NCBI GenBank assembly: GCA_033764505.1
Contig: JANRIW010000027.1
Coordinates: forward strand, 100,720 to 164,719
Length of the DNA stretch: 64,000 nt
Direction: 5' to 3'
Source of the DNA: Gemmatimonadales bacterium
GTDB lineage: Bacteria; Gemmatimonadota; Gemmatimonadetes; Gemmatimonadales; GWC2-71-9
Part shown: in pieces, positions 1 through 9,378 of the stretch
Numbering within the stretch: the first letter of the stretch is position 1
How the letters are laid out: every line of letters starts with the position of its first letter
Made by a program: the position numbers and the translations under genes
The notes under the pieces: model-generated
Told to the model about the DNA's origin: nothing
Databases searched by the model: none
Seen by the model: only the letters and a program-made list of their open reading frames with translations

Positions 1-71
1 GGGTCCTGCGCAGGGGCAAGCTACCGGAGGTTCCGTGGACTTTCAACGGAGCCAAGGACAGGATTGAGGCA

Positions 72-2576
72 ATGACCGCGCGTCCCCCTCGCCCCTCGGT
101 GCACAAATTCGGTGGTGCCTCGCTCGCCGATGCCTCGGCGGTGCGGGGTGCCGTGGCCATCATCGCCAGTCGGCCGGCTCCGCGCGTGATCGTCGTGTCG
201 GCGCTCGCCGGGGTCACCGACCTGCTGCTCGACGTGATTCGCCTGGCGACCAGCGGGGATACCGAGACTGCGCTGGCCCGCGTAGCCGCCTTCCGTGCGC
301 GCCATCTCGAGGTGCTCAACGAGCTGCTCCCCGCCCGGCTTCGGGGTGACGTTCGGGTTGCCGTCACCCAGGCCGCCGACGAGCTGCAGGGGCTCGCCGC
401 GTCACTCGGCGTGCTCCGCGAAGCCTCGGCACGGGTGCGCGACCACATCGTGGGCCGCGGCGAGCGGCTGAGCGCCCTGCTCGTGGCCACCGCGCTCGAG
501 GCCGCGGGTCATCCGGCTGTCTTGGTGGAGCCGAGCGAGGTGGTGATCACGGCCGGCCCCTATGGCGGGGCCGTCCCCGATCTCGACGCGACCCGGCGGG
601 CGGCACGACGCACCCTCGCCCCGCTGCTGGCGCGTGGCGCGCTCCCCGTGGTGCCCGGCTTTCTCGGACGCGCCCCAGACGACGGCACCGCCACGCTCGG
701 CCGCGGCGGTTCCGACCTCACCGCCACGCTGCTTGGTCGCGCACTCGACGCCCCGTCCATCACGCTGTGGAAGGATGTGCCCGGGTTGCTCACCGCCGAC
801 CCGCGCGTGGTGCCCGATGCACGCCTGCTGCCGCATCTCCACCTCGAGGAGGCGGCGGAGCTGGCGTACTACGGGGCCAAGGTCCTCCACCCCAGGGCGC
901 TCCTGCCGCTGGTCGGGCAGCGGACGATGCTTTTCGTGCGACCCTTCGCCGATCCCGAGGCCGCGGGCACGGAGATCTCGGCGCGGCGTGACGCCGAGCG
1001 GTCGCCGGTGCGCGCGCTCTCCGCGATCCACGATCAGGCATTGGTGACCATTTCCGGATCCGGCATTCTCGGCGTGCCCGGCATGGCTGCACGCACCTTC
1101 GCGGCATTGCAGGACGCGGGGATCTCGGTCTCGCTGATTGCCCAGGCCTCGTCGGAGTACACCATCGACTTCACCATGCCCGCGACGGTGGCGAACGATG
1201 CGGTACAGGCCCTGCGACGCGCCTTCCGCGCCGAGATCCGCGCGGGCGAGATCAACGGGGTCGAGGTGCGTACCAGGATTGCGATCATCGCGGTCGTCGG
1301 GCAGAGCATGGCAGGTCACCCGGGCATCGCCGCCCGCGTCTTCGATGCGCTGGCGGACGGACAGGTCAATGTCATCGCGATTGCGCAGGGCTCGAGCGAG
1401 CGCAACATCTCGGTCGCCGTGGACGAGCGCGCGGTGCCCGAGGCGCTGCGCCGCATCCACGACACCTTCCAGCTCGGCAAGGTCGGCGGCGGCCGCCCGC
1501 GGCAACACGCCGGTCGCGACGTGGTCCTGCTCGGCGCGGGCACCATCGGCTGTGCCGTGCTCGACCTGCTCGCCGCCCATCCCGCGCGCTTCACGCGCCT
1601 GCGGATCGTCGCCGTGGTGGATCGACGGGGCGCGGCGATCAACCCCGACGGCTTCTCGCCGGATGCGCTGCGCGAGCTGGCCGCAGCCAAGCGTGGCGGC
1701 GCGTCGCTGCGTGACCTGCCGCATGGTCGCAGCGGATCACCGCGCGAGATTCTGCACGAGCTCGCGCGCCGCGCGCTGGTGCGGCCCATTCTCGCGGACT
1801 TGACCGCCGACGACACCACGGCGTTGCTGCGCACCGCCGCCGAGTCCGGCTTCGACCTCGTGCTGGCGAACAAGCAGCCGCTCGCGGCCCCGATCGCCGA
1901 CATCGAGGCGCTGCGTGCCGCCCTCGCGGCGCGCGGCGGCGCGATCCGCTATGAAGCCACCGTCGGCGCGGGCCTCCCGGTGCTGGCGGCACTCGAACAA
2001 TTGACCGGCACCGGCGATCGGGTGCGACGCGTTGAGGGGTGTCTCTCCGGCACGCTCGGCGTGGTGCTCTCGGCCATCGAAGAGGGCACGCCCTTCTCGG
2101 TCGCCGTGCAGGATGCGCTCACGCGCGGCTTCACCGAGCCGGATCCGCGTGACGACCTCAGCGGCCTCGACGTCGCGCGGAAGGCCCTCATCCTCGCGCG
2201 CCTCATGGGGCAGCGCCGGGAGTTCACCACGCTTGACCCGGAGTCGCTGGTGCGCCGCGGTGCCTCGCTGCCGGTGAGCAAGTGGCTCGCCGGGCTTGCC
2301 CGCGACGACCAATGGTGGGCCGATCGAGTCGCGGTCGCGCGCGCCGAGGGTGCCGCGCTGCGCTATGTGGCGAGTGTCACGCCCACGACCATCACCGTCG
2401 GCCTGCGCGCGGTGCCACACGCATCGTCGCTCGGCCAACTGCGCGGCGCCGCCAATCAGTTGGTGATCACCTCGGACCGTTATCACGACTCGCCGCTCGT
2501 GATCACCGGGCCGGGGGCCGGGCCGGACGTGACCGCCACGGGCGTGCTCGCCGACCTGCGGGCACTCGCCGGATGA
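72..2576 (+). CDS. thrA: bifunctional aspartokinase / homoserine dehydrogenase
   Basis: 834-aa ORF. N-terminal aspartokinase signature KFGGASLAD, central ACT-like region, NAD-binding GAGTIG and a C-terminal homoserine dehydrogenase part. Its stop overlaps the thrB start (ATGA). Confidence 0.9.
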   Translation: MTARPPRPSVHKFGGASLADASAVRGAVAIIASRPAPRVIVVSALAGVTDLLLDVIRLATSGDTETALARVAAFRARHLEVLNELLPARLRGDVRVAVTQAADELQGLAASLGVLREASARVRDHIVGRGERLSALLVATALEAAGHPAVLVEPSEVVITAGPYGGAVPDLDATRRAARRTLAPLLARGALPVVPGFLGRAPDDGTATLGRGGSDLTATLLGRALDAPSITLWKDVPGLLTADPRVVPDARLLPHLHLEEAAELAYYGAKVLHPRALLPLVGQRTMLFVRPFADPEAAGTEISARRDAERSPVRALSAIHDQALVTISGSGILGVPGMAARTFAALQDAGISVSLIAQASSEYTIDFTMPATVANDAVQALRRAFRAEIRAGEINGVEVRTRIAIIAVVGQSMAGHPGIAARVFDALADGQVNVIAIAQGSSERNISVAVDERAVPEALRRIHDTFQLGKVGGGRPRQHAGRDVVLLGAGTIGCAVLDLLAAHPARFTRLRIVAVVDRRGAAINPDGFSPDALRELAAAKRGGASLRDLPHGRSGSPREILHELARRALVRPILADLTADDTTALLRTAAESGFDLVLANKQPLAAPIADIEALRAALAARGGAIRYEATVGAGLPVLAALEQLTGTGDRVRRVEGCLSGTLGVVLSAIEEGTPFSVAVQDALTRGFTEPDPRDDLSGLDVARKALILARLMGQRREFTTLDPESLVRRGASLPVSKWLAGLARDDQWWADRVAVARAEGAALRYVASVTPTTITVGLRAVPHASSLGQLRGAANQLVITSDRYHDSPLVITGPGAGPDVTATGVLADLRALAG

Positions 2577-3496
2577 GCGCGAGCGAGGTGCGCATCTATG
2601 CGCCGGGGTCGGTGGGCAACGTCGGGCCGGGGCTCGACATCCTGGGCCTCGCGGTGGCGGGCGCGGGCGACACGGTCGCGGCGGCGTGGCACGAGGGCAC
2701 GGCGATCGTGGTGCTCGATGCCGGACACCCGGAGCTGCCGCGCGATGCGTCGCGCAACACCGCGGCGATTGCGGCAGACGCCGTGCGGCGTCGCGCCGGC
2801 GATTCGCGCGGGGTGGCCCTGCGCGTGACCAAGGGGCTGCCACTCTCCGGCGGGCAGGGCGGCAGTGCGGCATCGGCCGTCGCCGGTGCCGTGGCCGCCG
2901 ACGCACTGCTCGCCTCGGGACTCGATGCAACGGCGCTGCTCGAATGCGCCATGGAAGCCGAAGCCACGGTGGCGGGTCGGCACGCCGACAATCTTGCCCC
3001 GTCGCTGCTCGGCGGTCTGGTGCTGGTGCGCAGCGTCGCGCCGATGGACGTGATCCGCCTGCCGGTGCCCGACGCGCTTCGGGTCGTGCTGGTGCATCCG
3101 GACCAACGGCTCAACACGCGGGATGCCCGCGCCGTGTTGCCGACCACCGTCTCGCGCGACGTGGCGCTGCATCAGGCGGCACACGTGGCAGCGATGGTGG
3201 CCGGCGCCTGTCTTGGCGACCTGGCGTTGCTCGGGCGCGGACTCGACGATCGCATCGCCGAGCCGGCGCGCAGCGCCCTGCTGCCGGGGTTTGTCGCGGC
3301 GCAGTCCGCGGCGCGAGCGGCAGGCGCGCTCGGTGGTTCGATCAGCGGCGCCGGCCCGACCGCATTTGCGCTCACCGATGGCGACACCGTCGGCGACGAA
3401 GTGCTGGCGGCAATGCTCGCCGCCTACGCGGCCGTTGGCGTGCGGGCGACCGGGCGCGTGGCACAGGTGGACCATCTGGGAGCGAGGCGCGTGTGA
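2573..3496 (+). CDS. thrB: homoserine kinase
   Basis: Internal ATG of ORF 2282..3496, overlapping the thrA stop. N-terminus IYAPGSVGNVGPGLDILG and GHMP-kinase motif GLPLSGGQGGSAASAVAGA are typical of ThrB. Confidence 0.9.
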   Translation: MSASEVRIYAPGSVGNVGPGLDILGLAVAGAGDTVAAAWHEGTAIVVLDAGHPELPRDASRNTAAIAADAVRRRAGDSRGVALRVTKGLPLSGGQGGSAASAVAGAVAADALLASGLDATALLECAMEAEATVAGRHADNLAPSLLGGLVLVRSVAPMDVIRLPVPDALRVVLVHPDQRLNTRDARAVLPTTVSRDVALHQAAHVAAMVAGACLGDLALLGRGLDDRIAEPARSALLPGFVAAQSAARAAGALGGSISGAGPTAFALTDGDTVGDEVLAAMLAAYAAVGVRATGRVAQVDHLGARRV

Positions 3497-4791
3497 GCGA
3501 GCAGCGAGCGAGTTGGCAACGGTGTGACGCCTGCGGCGCGGAATTCGACGAGCTCGATGCGGCGCCACGGTGCCGCGCCTGCGGTGGCCTGCTGGCGATC
3601 GTGCATCAGGCACCGTCGGGTGATCCCGCGCAATGGCGCGCGCGCTTCGCGGCGTCGTGCTGCGCCCGCCCGAGCGCGACGGCGTCCGGTGTCTGGCGAT
3701 TCGGCGAGGTGGTGCTGCCGACTGCGATGGGCGTCGCGGTCACCCATCCGGAGGGGAACACGCCACTCATCGTGCGCCCCGCGCTCAGTCGGTGGGCCGA
3801 CCTCGAGGACCTGCTGCTCAAGCACGAAGGGCACAACCCCACCGGCTCGTTCAAGGATCGGGGGATGACGGTGGGCGTCACGCAGGCCAAGCGCATCGGT
3901 GCCACCGCCGTGGCCTGTGCCTCCACGGGCAACACGTCGGCATCGCTCGCGGCCTACGCGGCGCAGGCCGGACTCCCGGCATTGGTCTTCGTCCCCGACG
4001 GACAGATCGCCCTCGGGAAGCTGACGCAATCGCTGGCCTACGGCGCTCGCACGCTGCTGGTGGAGGGCGACTTCGATGCCTGCCTGCGGCTGGTGCAGGA
4101 GTCGAGCGAGGCGCTGGGGATCTACCTGCTCAACTCGATCAACCCGTTCCGACTCGAAGGCCAAAAGACCATCGTCCTCGAGATGCTGCAACAGCTGGAC
4201 TGGCAGGTCCCCGACTGGATCGTCCTCCCGGCCGGCAACCTCGGCAACACGGCCGCCTTCGGGAAGGCGTTGCTCGAGGCGCAATCGTGGGGACTCATCT
4301 CGCGGCTCCCCCGGATCGCGGCGATTCAGGCCGAGGGGGCGTCACCGTTCGCCCAGTCCTTTGCCCGCGACTTTGACCGGCTCGTCCCGATGGCCGCACA
4401 TACCGTCGCCACGGCCATCAAGATCGGCGCCCCGGCGAGTTACGACCGCGCCGTTCGGGCCATCCGCGCCAGCCGCGGCGTGGTGCGCTCGGTCCCCGAT
4501 GCGGAGATCCTTGCTGCCAAGGCGGCGATCGATGCCGCCGGCGTGGGGTGCGAGCCGGCGAGCGCGGCGACGCTGGCGGGGGTTCGCCGACTCCGCGCGG
4601 AAGGGGTGATTCGCCCGGGCGAACGGGTGGTTGGGATCCTCACCGGCCATGTCCTCAAGGACCCGGGGATCCTCCAGACCATGCACCAGGAGACCAAACC
4701 ACCGCCGTCCTGGGCCAATCGTCCGATACGGATCGCCCCGGAGGTCTCGGCGGTCCGAACAGTTCTTGAGGCGGCTCTGACCACAAAATGA
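3493..4791 (+). CDS. thrC: threonine synthase
   Basis: GTG start overlaps the thrB stop (GTGA). N-terminal Cys4 zinc-ribbon (CDACG...CRACGG) and PLP-lysine motif GSFKDRG. The long upstream part of ORF 2686..4791 is out-of-frame overlap with thrB. Confidence 0.9.
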   Translation: MSEQRASWQRCDACGAEFDELDAAPRCRACGGLLAIVHQAPSGDPAQWRARFAASCCARPSATASGVWRFGEVVLPTAMGVAVTHPEGNTPLIVRPALSRWADLEDLLLKHEGHNPTGSFKDRGMTVGVTQAKRIGATAVACASTGNTSASLAAYAAQAGLPALVFVPDGQIALGKLTQSLAYGARTLLVEGDFDACLRLVQESSEALGIYLLNSINPFRLEGQKTIVLEMLQQLDWQVPDWIVLPAGNLGNTAAFGKALLEAQSWGLISRLPRIAAIQAEGASPFAQSFARDFDRLVPMAAHTVATAIKIGAPASYDRAVRAIRASRGVVRSVPDAEILAAKAAIDAAGVGCEPASAATLAGVRRLRAEGVIRPGERVVGILTGHVLKDPGILQTMHQETKPPPSWANRPIRIAPEVSAVRTVLEAALTTK

Positions 4792-4802
4792 CCGCAATAC
4801 TG

Positions 4803-4830
4803 TTGCACGGATGCGACAAGTAACTACTTT
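4803..4830 (+). promoter_or_regulatory. candidate sigma70-type promoter for the PEP-CTERM gene
   Basis: TTGCAC, 16-nt spacer, TACTTT (inside ACTACTTT), in an AT-richer gap just after thrC. Sequence resemblance only. Confidence 0.3.
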
Positions 4831-4998
4831 TTCGCGGAATTCGCGCAACATCATCGGCGGATCGGTGGTTGCTGACAAGCAACAGGTGTGGCGGAAGTGG
4901 CGCGATCGCATCGATTTGCCACATTGGTCCGCGGGTGGCCCCTCCTTTGCTTGGGAGTAGGGCATGGTGCCATGACGGCACCGAGATCCGAGGTTCCC

Positions 4999-5739
4999 AT
5001 GCGCATCACGTCAATCAACAATCTCCTGCTCGCCCTCGGGGCCGTGGTCGTCACGGCCACTCCGCGGACGGCAGCCGGGCAGCTCCCCGCCGACTTCGGC
5101 AATCCGTCGCCGATCATTGCGACCGGCGACCCGATGATCGTCTCGTACTATGGCTGGGAGAACACCACGGTCTATGGCCACACCCTGTGGGCGATGACGG
5201 TGGCGGACTACACCTCCAACCTCGGCCCCAGCAACTGCTACGCCTGGGCCGGCGGCGGCAGCTGCGCCGGGACCGCGATGTTCACCAAGAGCTACGGCGT
5301 CGCCACCAATCCCTACCTCGCGCAGCCGACACCACTTCCGCCGCTCACGTACAACCTCAGCTGGGCCGCGGGGACGGAGCTCGTGCTGGCGCTGCAGGTG
5401 AACATGAACAACAACTGGATGTGGTTCTTCTCCGGTGCCCCGGTGCGCAATGCCGATGGTCGCGCGCACGTCGCGTACTTCGGCAATGGCGGCGTGGCGG
5501 GCAACACCGGTGTCGGGATCATCCCTGGCACCGAGGGGCTGCATGCCTTCGGCTTCGAGGACGTGTACTACAACAACAGCGACTGGGACTTCGACAACGC
5601 GATCTTCGCGATCAACGACGACGGCATCTCGCCGCCGACCGAAGTGGTGCCGGAACCGGCCACGATGACGCTGATCGGCTCCGGCTTGATCGGATTGGCC
5701 GCCGCTCGTCGGCGCCGTCGCCTCGATCCGGATGCCTGA
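4999..5739 (+). CDS. PEP-CTERM sorting-domain secreted protein
   Basis: Start chosen at MRITSINNLLLALGAVVVTATP (signal peptide). The C-terminus VPEPATMTLIGSGLIGLAAARRRRR is a canonical PEP motif followed by a TM helix and an Arg cluster. Confidence 0.8.
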   Translation: MRITSINNLLLALGAVVVTATPRTAAGQLPADFGNPSPIIATGDPMIVSYYGWENTTVYGHTLWAMTVADYTSNLGPSNCYAWAGGGSCAGTAMFTKSYGVATNPYLAQPTPLPPLTYNLSWAAGTELVLALQVNMNNNWMWFFSGAPVRNADGRAHVAYFGNGGVAGNTGVGIIPGTEGLHAFGFEDVYYNNSDWDFDNAIFAINDDGISPPTEVVPEPATMTLIGSGLIGLAAARRRRRLDPDA

Positions 5740-7291
5740 AGACGACACGTCGTCCCCCCGCACCATGAACGGCCTTCGCACGAGGCCGGCCCTGCAGGCC
5801 GGCCTCGTTGCCTTGGTGGTCGGCGCGGTGGCGCAATGGATCTCGCACCAGCAGCACATCGTCTTTGCCTTCTGGGACGCTCAGGCGCACCTCGACATCG
5901 CGCGACGCGTGGTCGACTCGGTGACGCCAGGGCTCCAGATGCTCGGCACGGTCTGGCTCCCGGTCCCGCACCTGCTCCTGCTGCCGTTCACGCTCGTGGA
6001 CGCCTGGTGGTGGAACGGCCTCGCGGGGGGCCTGGTGGGGTTGCTGGCGTTCGTCGTGATCGGTGCGGCCGTGCACGACCTGCTGGTGCGCCGCACGGGG
6101 CACCCGGCCTTGGCGTGGTGTGGCACACTGCTCGTCCTCGGCAACCCTTCCCTGCTCTACCTCCAGACCACGGCGATGACGGAGCCGGTGCTGCTCGCCT
6201 TCCTCACCGCCTCGGTGGCTGCCCTCGATCGCTGGGCCGAGGCCACCGACGGGCGCACCCGCGCGCTGGGCGTGGCGGCGTGGTGTGCGGCGCTCGCGGT
6301 CGGGACCCGCTACGACGGCTGGTTCTATGTGATGCTGGCGACCCCGGTCGTCGCGTGGCTCGCCCACGTGCGCGGTGCGGGGTGGTTCCGCGCGGCATGG
6401 CGCTTCGGATGGCCCAGTGCCCTGATGGTTACCGCATGGTTGGGGTACAACGCCCTCTACTTCGACGACCCCCTCGCCTTTCAACGCGGGGCCTGGTCGG
6501 CGCAGAGTCAGCAGGCTGCCCTCGCAGCGCAGGGCCTGCTGCCGACCAAGGGCAATCTGCTGACGGCCACCACCACGTATCTGGGTGCCGTCGGCCTGAC
6601 CGTGGGGATGCTCGTGGGTGCCGCCGGACTGCTCGCCTTGGGAGTCCTCCTCCGGCATCGCCACCGGTTCGCCGGGGCGCTCCTCCTCTATGCCGCCTTG
6701 CCGTTCAACATCCTGGCGCTCGTGGGAGGCCAGAGCGCCCTCTCACTCCCGTGGAGCGACCCCCCCGGGGTGGCCAACCTCCGCTATGGGCTCATGCTGC
6801 TCCCTGCGGCGGCCATCGGACTCACGCTGGCGGCGTCTCGCGCCATGCGCCGGGGTGAGCGCTGGCGGCGGGGCACGCTCCTCGCTCTTGGAGTGCTCGT
6901 GGTCGCCCAAGTGGGGCTCTGGACCATCGGCGGGACCGCCCAGATTGGCGCCCTGCGCGAGGGACTGGCGATCCGCGACGGCGATCCGCGGCAGCAGGCC
7001 GCCGCCGATTGGCTTGCGATGCATTACGACCAGGGGCGGGTGCTGGTCGACCCGGCGATCAACGTCTCGCCGCGCAGTCGGATCGCGCTGCGCGATCGGA
7101 TCTACGCCTGGACGTGGCAGTTGGGACCGGCCGCGCTGGCCGCCCCGGAAGATGCGGTGGATTGGGTCCTGGTGGATCAGCGGGCGAATCCCAATGCGGT
7201 CGCGGCCGCCATCAAGGATCGCCCTCCCTTTCTCGCTCGATTCGACCGCCGTTTTGCCCAGGATGGCCTGGAAATTTGGAGGCGTCGCTGA
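5732..7291 (+). CDS. polytopic membrane protein, GT-C-like (ArnT/PMT-type) glycosyltransferase candidate
   Basis: 519 aa with many hydrophobic helices. The first-loop motif WDAQAHLDIARRV resembles the DExxY/H..AR motif of GT-C enzymes. Paralogous to 11166..12557. Alternative start at 5765. Confidence 0.5.
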   Translation: MPEDDTSSPRTMNGLRTRPALQAGLVALVVGAVAQWISHQQHIVFAFWDAQAHLDIARRVVDSVTPGLQMLGTVWLPVPHLLLLPFTLVDAWWWNGLAGGLVGLLAFVVIGAAVHDLLVRRTGHPALAWCGTLLVLGNPSLLYLQTTAMTEPVLLAFLTASVAALDRWAEATDGRTRALGVAAWCAALAVGTRYDGWFYVMLATPVVAWLAHVRGAGWFRAAWRFGWPSALMVTAWLGYNALYFDDPLAFQRGAWSAQSQQAALAAQGLLPTKGNLLTATTTYLGAVGLTVGMLVGAAGLLALGVLLRHRHRFAGALLLYAALPFNILALVGGQSALSLPWSDPPGVANLRYGLMLLPAAAIGLTLAASRAMRRGERWRRGTLLALGVLVVAQVGLWTIGGTAQIGALREGLAIRDGDPRQQAAADWLAMHYDQGRVLVDPAINVSPRSRIALRDRIYAWTWQLGPAALAAPEDAVDWVLVDQRANPNAVAAAIKDRPPFLARFDRRFAQDGLEIWRRR

Positions 7292-7320
7292 ATCGTCCTG
7301 ACGCCATGGAGGAAGCCGTG

Positions 7321-9378
7321 ATGATGACCCGATGGACCCCGACTCTCCGTGCCGCCAGTTGCGTCCTTGCCGTGTTGGCAACGGCGTGCGGCGCGGACCG
7401 CCCCGCCCAGCAGGTCGAGGGGCCGGCGGCCCCGACCCCCGCGATGGCCGACTCGTTGGCCGGACGCCCGGACACGGTGGCCGGCGATGCGGCAGGCGCC
7501 GAAGCGCGCCCGACGCTGGTGGTTGCCGACAGCGCGTGGCGTGACGCGGCGGTCACCGGCCTGCGGCTGCCGCTCCAGTCGATCGGGTATCGCGATGGCG
7601 TGACACTGCTCGGCTCGACCGACGAGGTCACGCTCACCATTCCGGTGAACAGCGGCCTTGCCCCGGCGACCCTCGCCCTGAACGTGATCCCGACGCCCGG
7701 GATGCCGGCCGCGACGCTGGTGCTCCAGCAGCGCGATCGCATCCTGGCGCAGCGCGCCCTGACCGACACGACGACCCTGCTCACGCTGCCGCTCGGTGAC
7801 GCGCTGGTGGTGGATGGAAAGGCCTCGGTCACGCTCGCCCTCACCATCCCGGGCCGCGACGTCTGCGAGGCCCAGCGGTACTACCGCACCGTCTTCACCG
7901 GGGCGAGCGCCGTCAGCTTCAGCGGCGCCCCGAGCGCGCCGGCCACGATCAGCGGCTTCTTCGAGCCGTGGCTGGAATCGGTGACGTTCTACCTCGCCGA
8001 TCAGCCCTCGCTCGATGCGGCGCAGGCAGCACTCGATGCATCCGCCTTCGTCGCCCGGCGCTACCGCGGCATGGCCACGCGCTTCGAGATCAAGCCGTTG
8101 CCGCCCGCCGGCACGCCGATCCCCGAGCCGGGTCCGTACCAGCGCGCGCTCACCTGGTCGGCCACCGGGGCCACCGAGATCATGCGCAGCGACAGCACGC
8201 GCGGCACCATGCTCGCCCTCGCGGCGCGTCGCGACGCCCGGCAGCTCTTCACGCTCGTTGATGGCGACGCGGTGGTCGCGGCCAACGGCTTCCGCGGCAC
8301 GACCGTCTCGCTCGGCCGCAACACGCCGGTCGGCGGTCCGGGGAGCGTGACGCTGCACGAGCTCGGGCAGTCCAGCCGGACCATCGAGGGAAGCGCGCTG
8401 CTGGTGAGCGCCATCCCGTTCGCCCTCGCCGATCTCGGCGGCAACACCCTGCCCAGCTCCTTCCGCCTGGTGGCGCAGCATTCCGTGCTGCCGCCCGACG
8501 GCGATGGCTCGGTTCGCATCCACCTGAACGGCAGCCTGATCCAGTCGCGCGCGCTCGACGGCTCCGCGCTCGACATCACGATCCCGCTCCCCGCCCACCT
8601 GCTGCAGCGCGACAACGTGCTCGAGGTCCGCTTCCAGGTGATGCTCGGCGAAGGCGCCTGCCGGCTCGGCGGCGCGGTCTTCACGGCCACCATCGACGAG
8701 CGCTCGACGCTCGTGACGGATCGGGGCACGCCGATCGCGCCGGGATTCAACAGGTTCCCCTCGGCCTTTGTCCCGGCGTTCTCCGTGCTGCTCGAGCCGC
8801 GCGATCGCTTCCGCGTCGAACTTGCCGCGACGACCATCGGCGCGATGCAGCAGACGACGCGCACGCCGCTCGCCCCGGCGCTGGCTCGTGACGCGGCGGC
8901 GGCGGTGGGTCCGCTGCTGGCCATCGGGACGAGCAACCTCGCCGACGTCCTGACGGCGCCGATCCACTCGGCCGGCTTCCGCCTGCGCGACAAGGATGGG
9001 CGCATCTGGGATGAGTTCACCCCCGATGCCTCATATGCCACGATGCAGGGATGGACCGCCGATGGGCGTGACATTCTCCTGCTGCACCACACGGGTGACA
9101 ACGGCTTGCCGCTGCTGCAGCTGCTCGACGAGACGCTGGCCCCGTATGGCTGGTTCGGGACGCGCGGTGACGTGGTGATCCGCGGCCTGGCCGGGCCGTC
9201 GCGCCCGCTCACGCTCGCGAATGGCGGATGGCGCCTCGAACCGCTCCCCGCCTCGTCGGGAAGCTGGCTCGCGCGCTACCGCACGCCCGCCTTCCTGCTC
9301 GCCGGCGCCCTGGTCCTGGCGCTGCTCTGGTTGCTCTACCCGCGAGTGGTGAGGCGTGAGCTCGACCCGGCTGGGTGA
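7321..9378 (+). CDS. BcsB-like periplasmic synthase subunit (lipoprotein signal, C-terminal TM anchor)
   Basis: The ATG at 7321 is preceded by GGAGG (7309-7313). Signal peptide MMTRWTPTLRAASCVLAVLATAC. Two repeated modules of the type 'LG..G...V.L.IP....PA.L.L...P......L.V.LNG..I..R.L...........C' and one C-terminal TM helix match BcsB architecture. No HMM was run. Confidence 0.55.
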   Translation: MMTRWTPTLRAASCVLAVLATACGADRPAQQVEGPAAPTPAMADSLAGRPDTVAGDAAGAEARPTLVVADSAWRDAAVTGLRLPLQSIGYRDGVTLLGSTDEVTLTIPVNSGLAPATLALNVIPTPGMPAATLVLQQRDRILAQRALTDTTTLLTLPLGDALVVDGKASVTLALTIPGRDVCEAQRYYRTVFTGASAVSFSGAPSAPATISGFFEPWLESVTFYLADQPSLDAAQAALDASAFVARRYRGMATRFEIKPLPPAGTPIPEPGPYQRALTWSATGATEIMRSDSTRGTMLALAARRDARQLFTLVDGDAVVAANGFRGTTVSLGRNTPVGGPGSVTLHELGQSSRTIEGSALLVSAIPFALADLGGNTLPSSFRLVAQHSVLPPDGDGSVRIHLNGSLIQSRALDGSALDITIPLPAHLLQRDNVLEVRFQVMLGEGACRLGGAVFTATIDERSTLVTDRGTPIAPGFNRFPSAFVPAFSVLLEPRDRFRVELAATTIGAMQQTTRTPLAPALARDAAAAVGPLLAIGTSNLADVLTAPIHSAGFRLRDKDGRIWDEFTPDASYATMQGWTADGRDILLLHHTGDNGLPLLQLLDETLAPYGWFGTRGDVVIRGLAGPSRPLTLANGGWRLEPLPASSGSWLARYRTPAFLLAGALVLALLWLLYPRVVRRELDPAG

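Noticed and set aside
2282-3492. Long N-terminal extensions of the thrB (from 2282) and thrC (from 2686) ORFs.
   Set aside because: The extensions overlap the preceding well-supported genes out of frame and are Arg-rich nonsense. Start codons that overlap the upstream stop (2573, 3493) give proteins beginning at the conserved N-termini.
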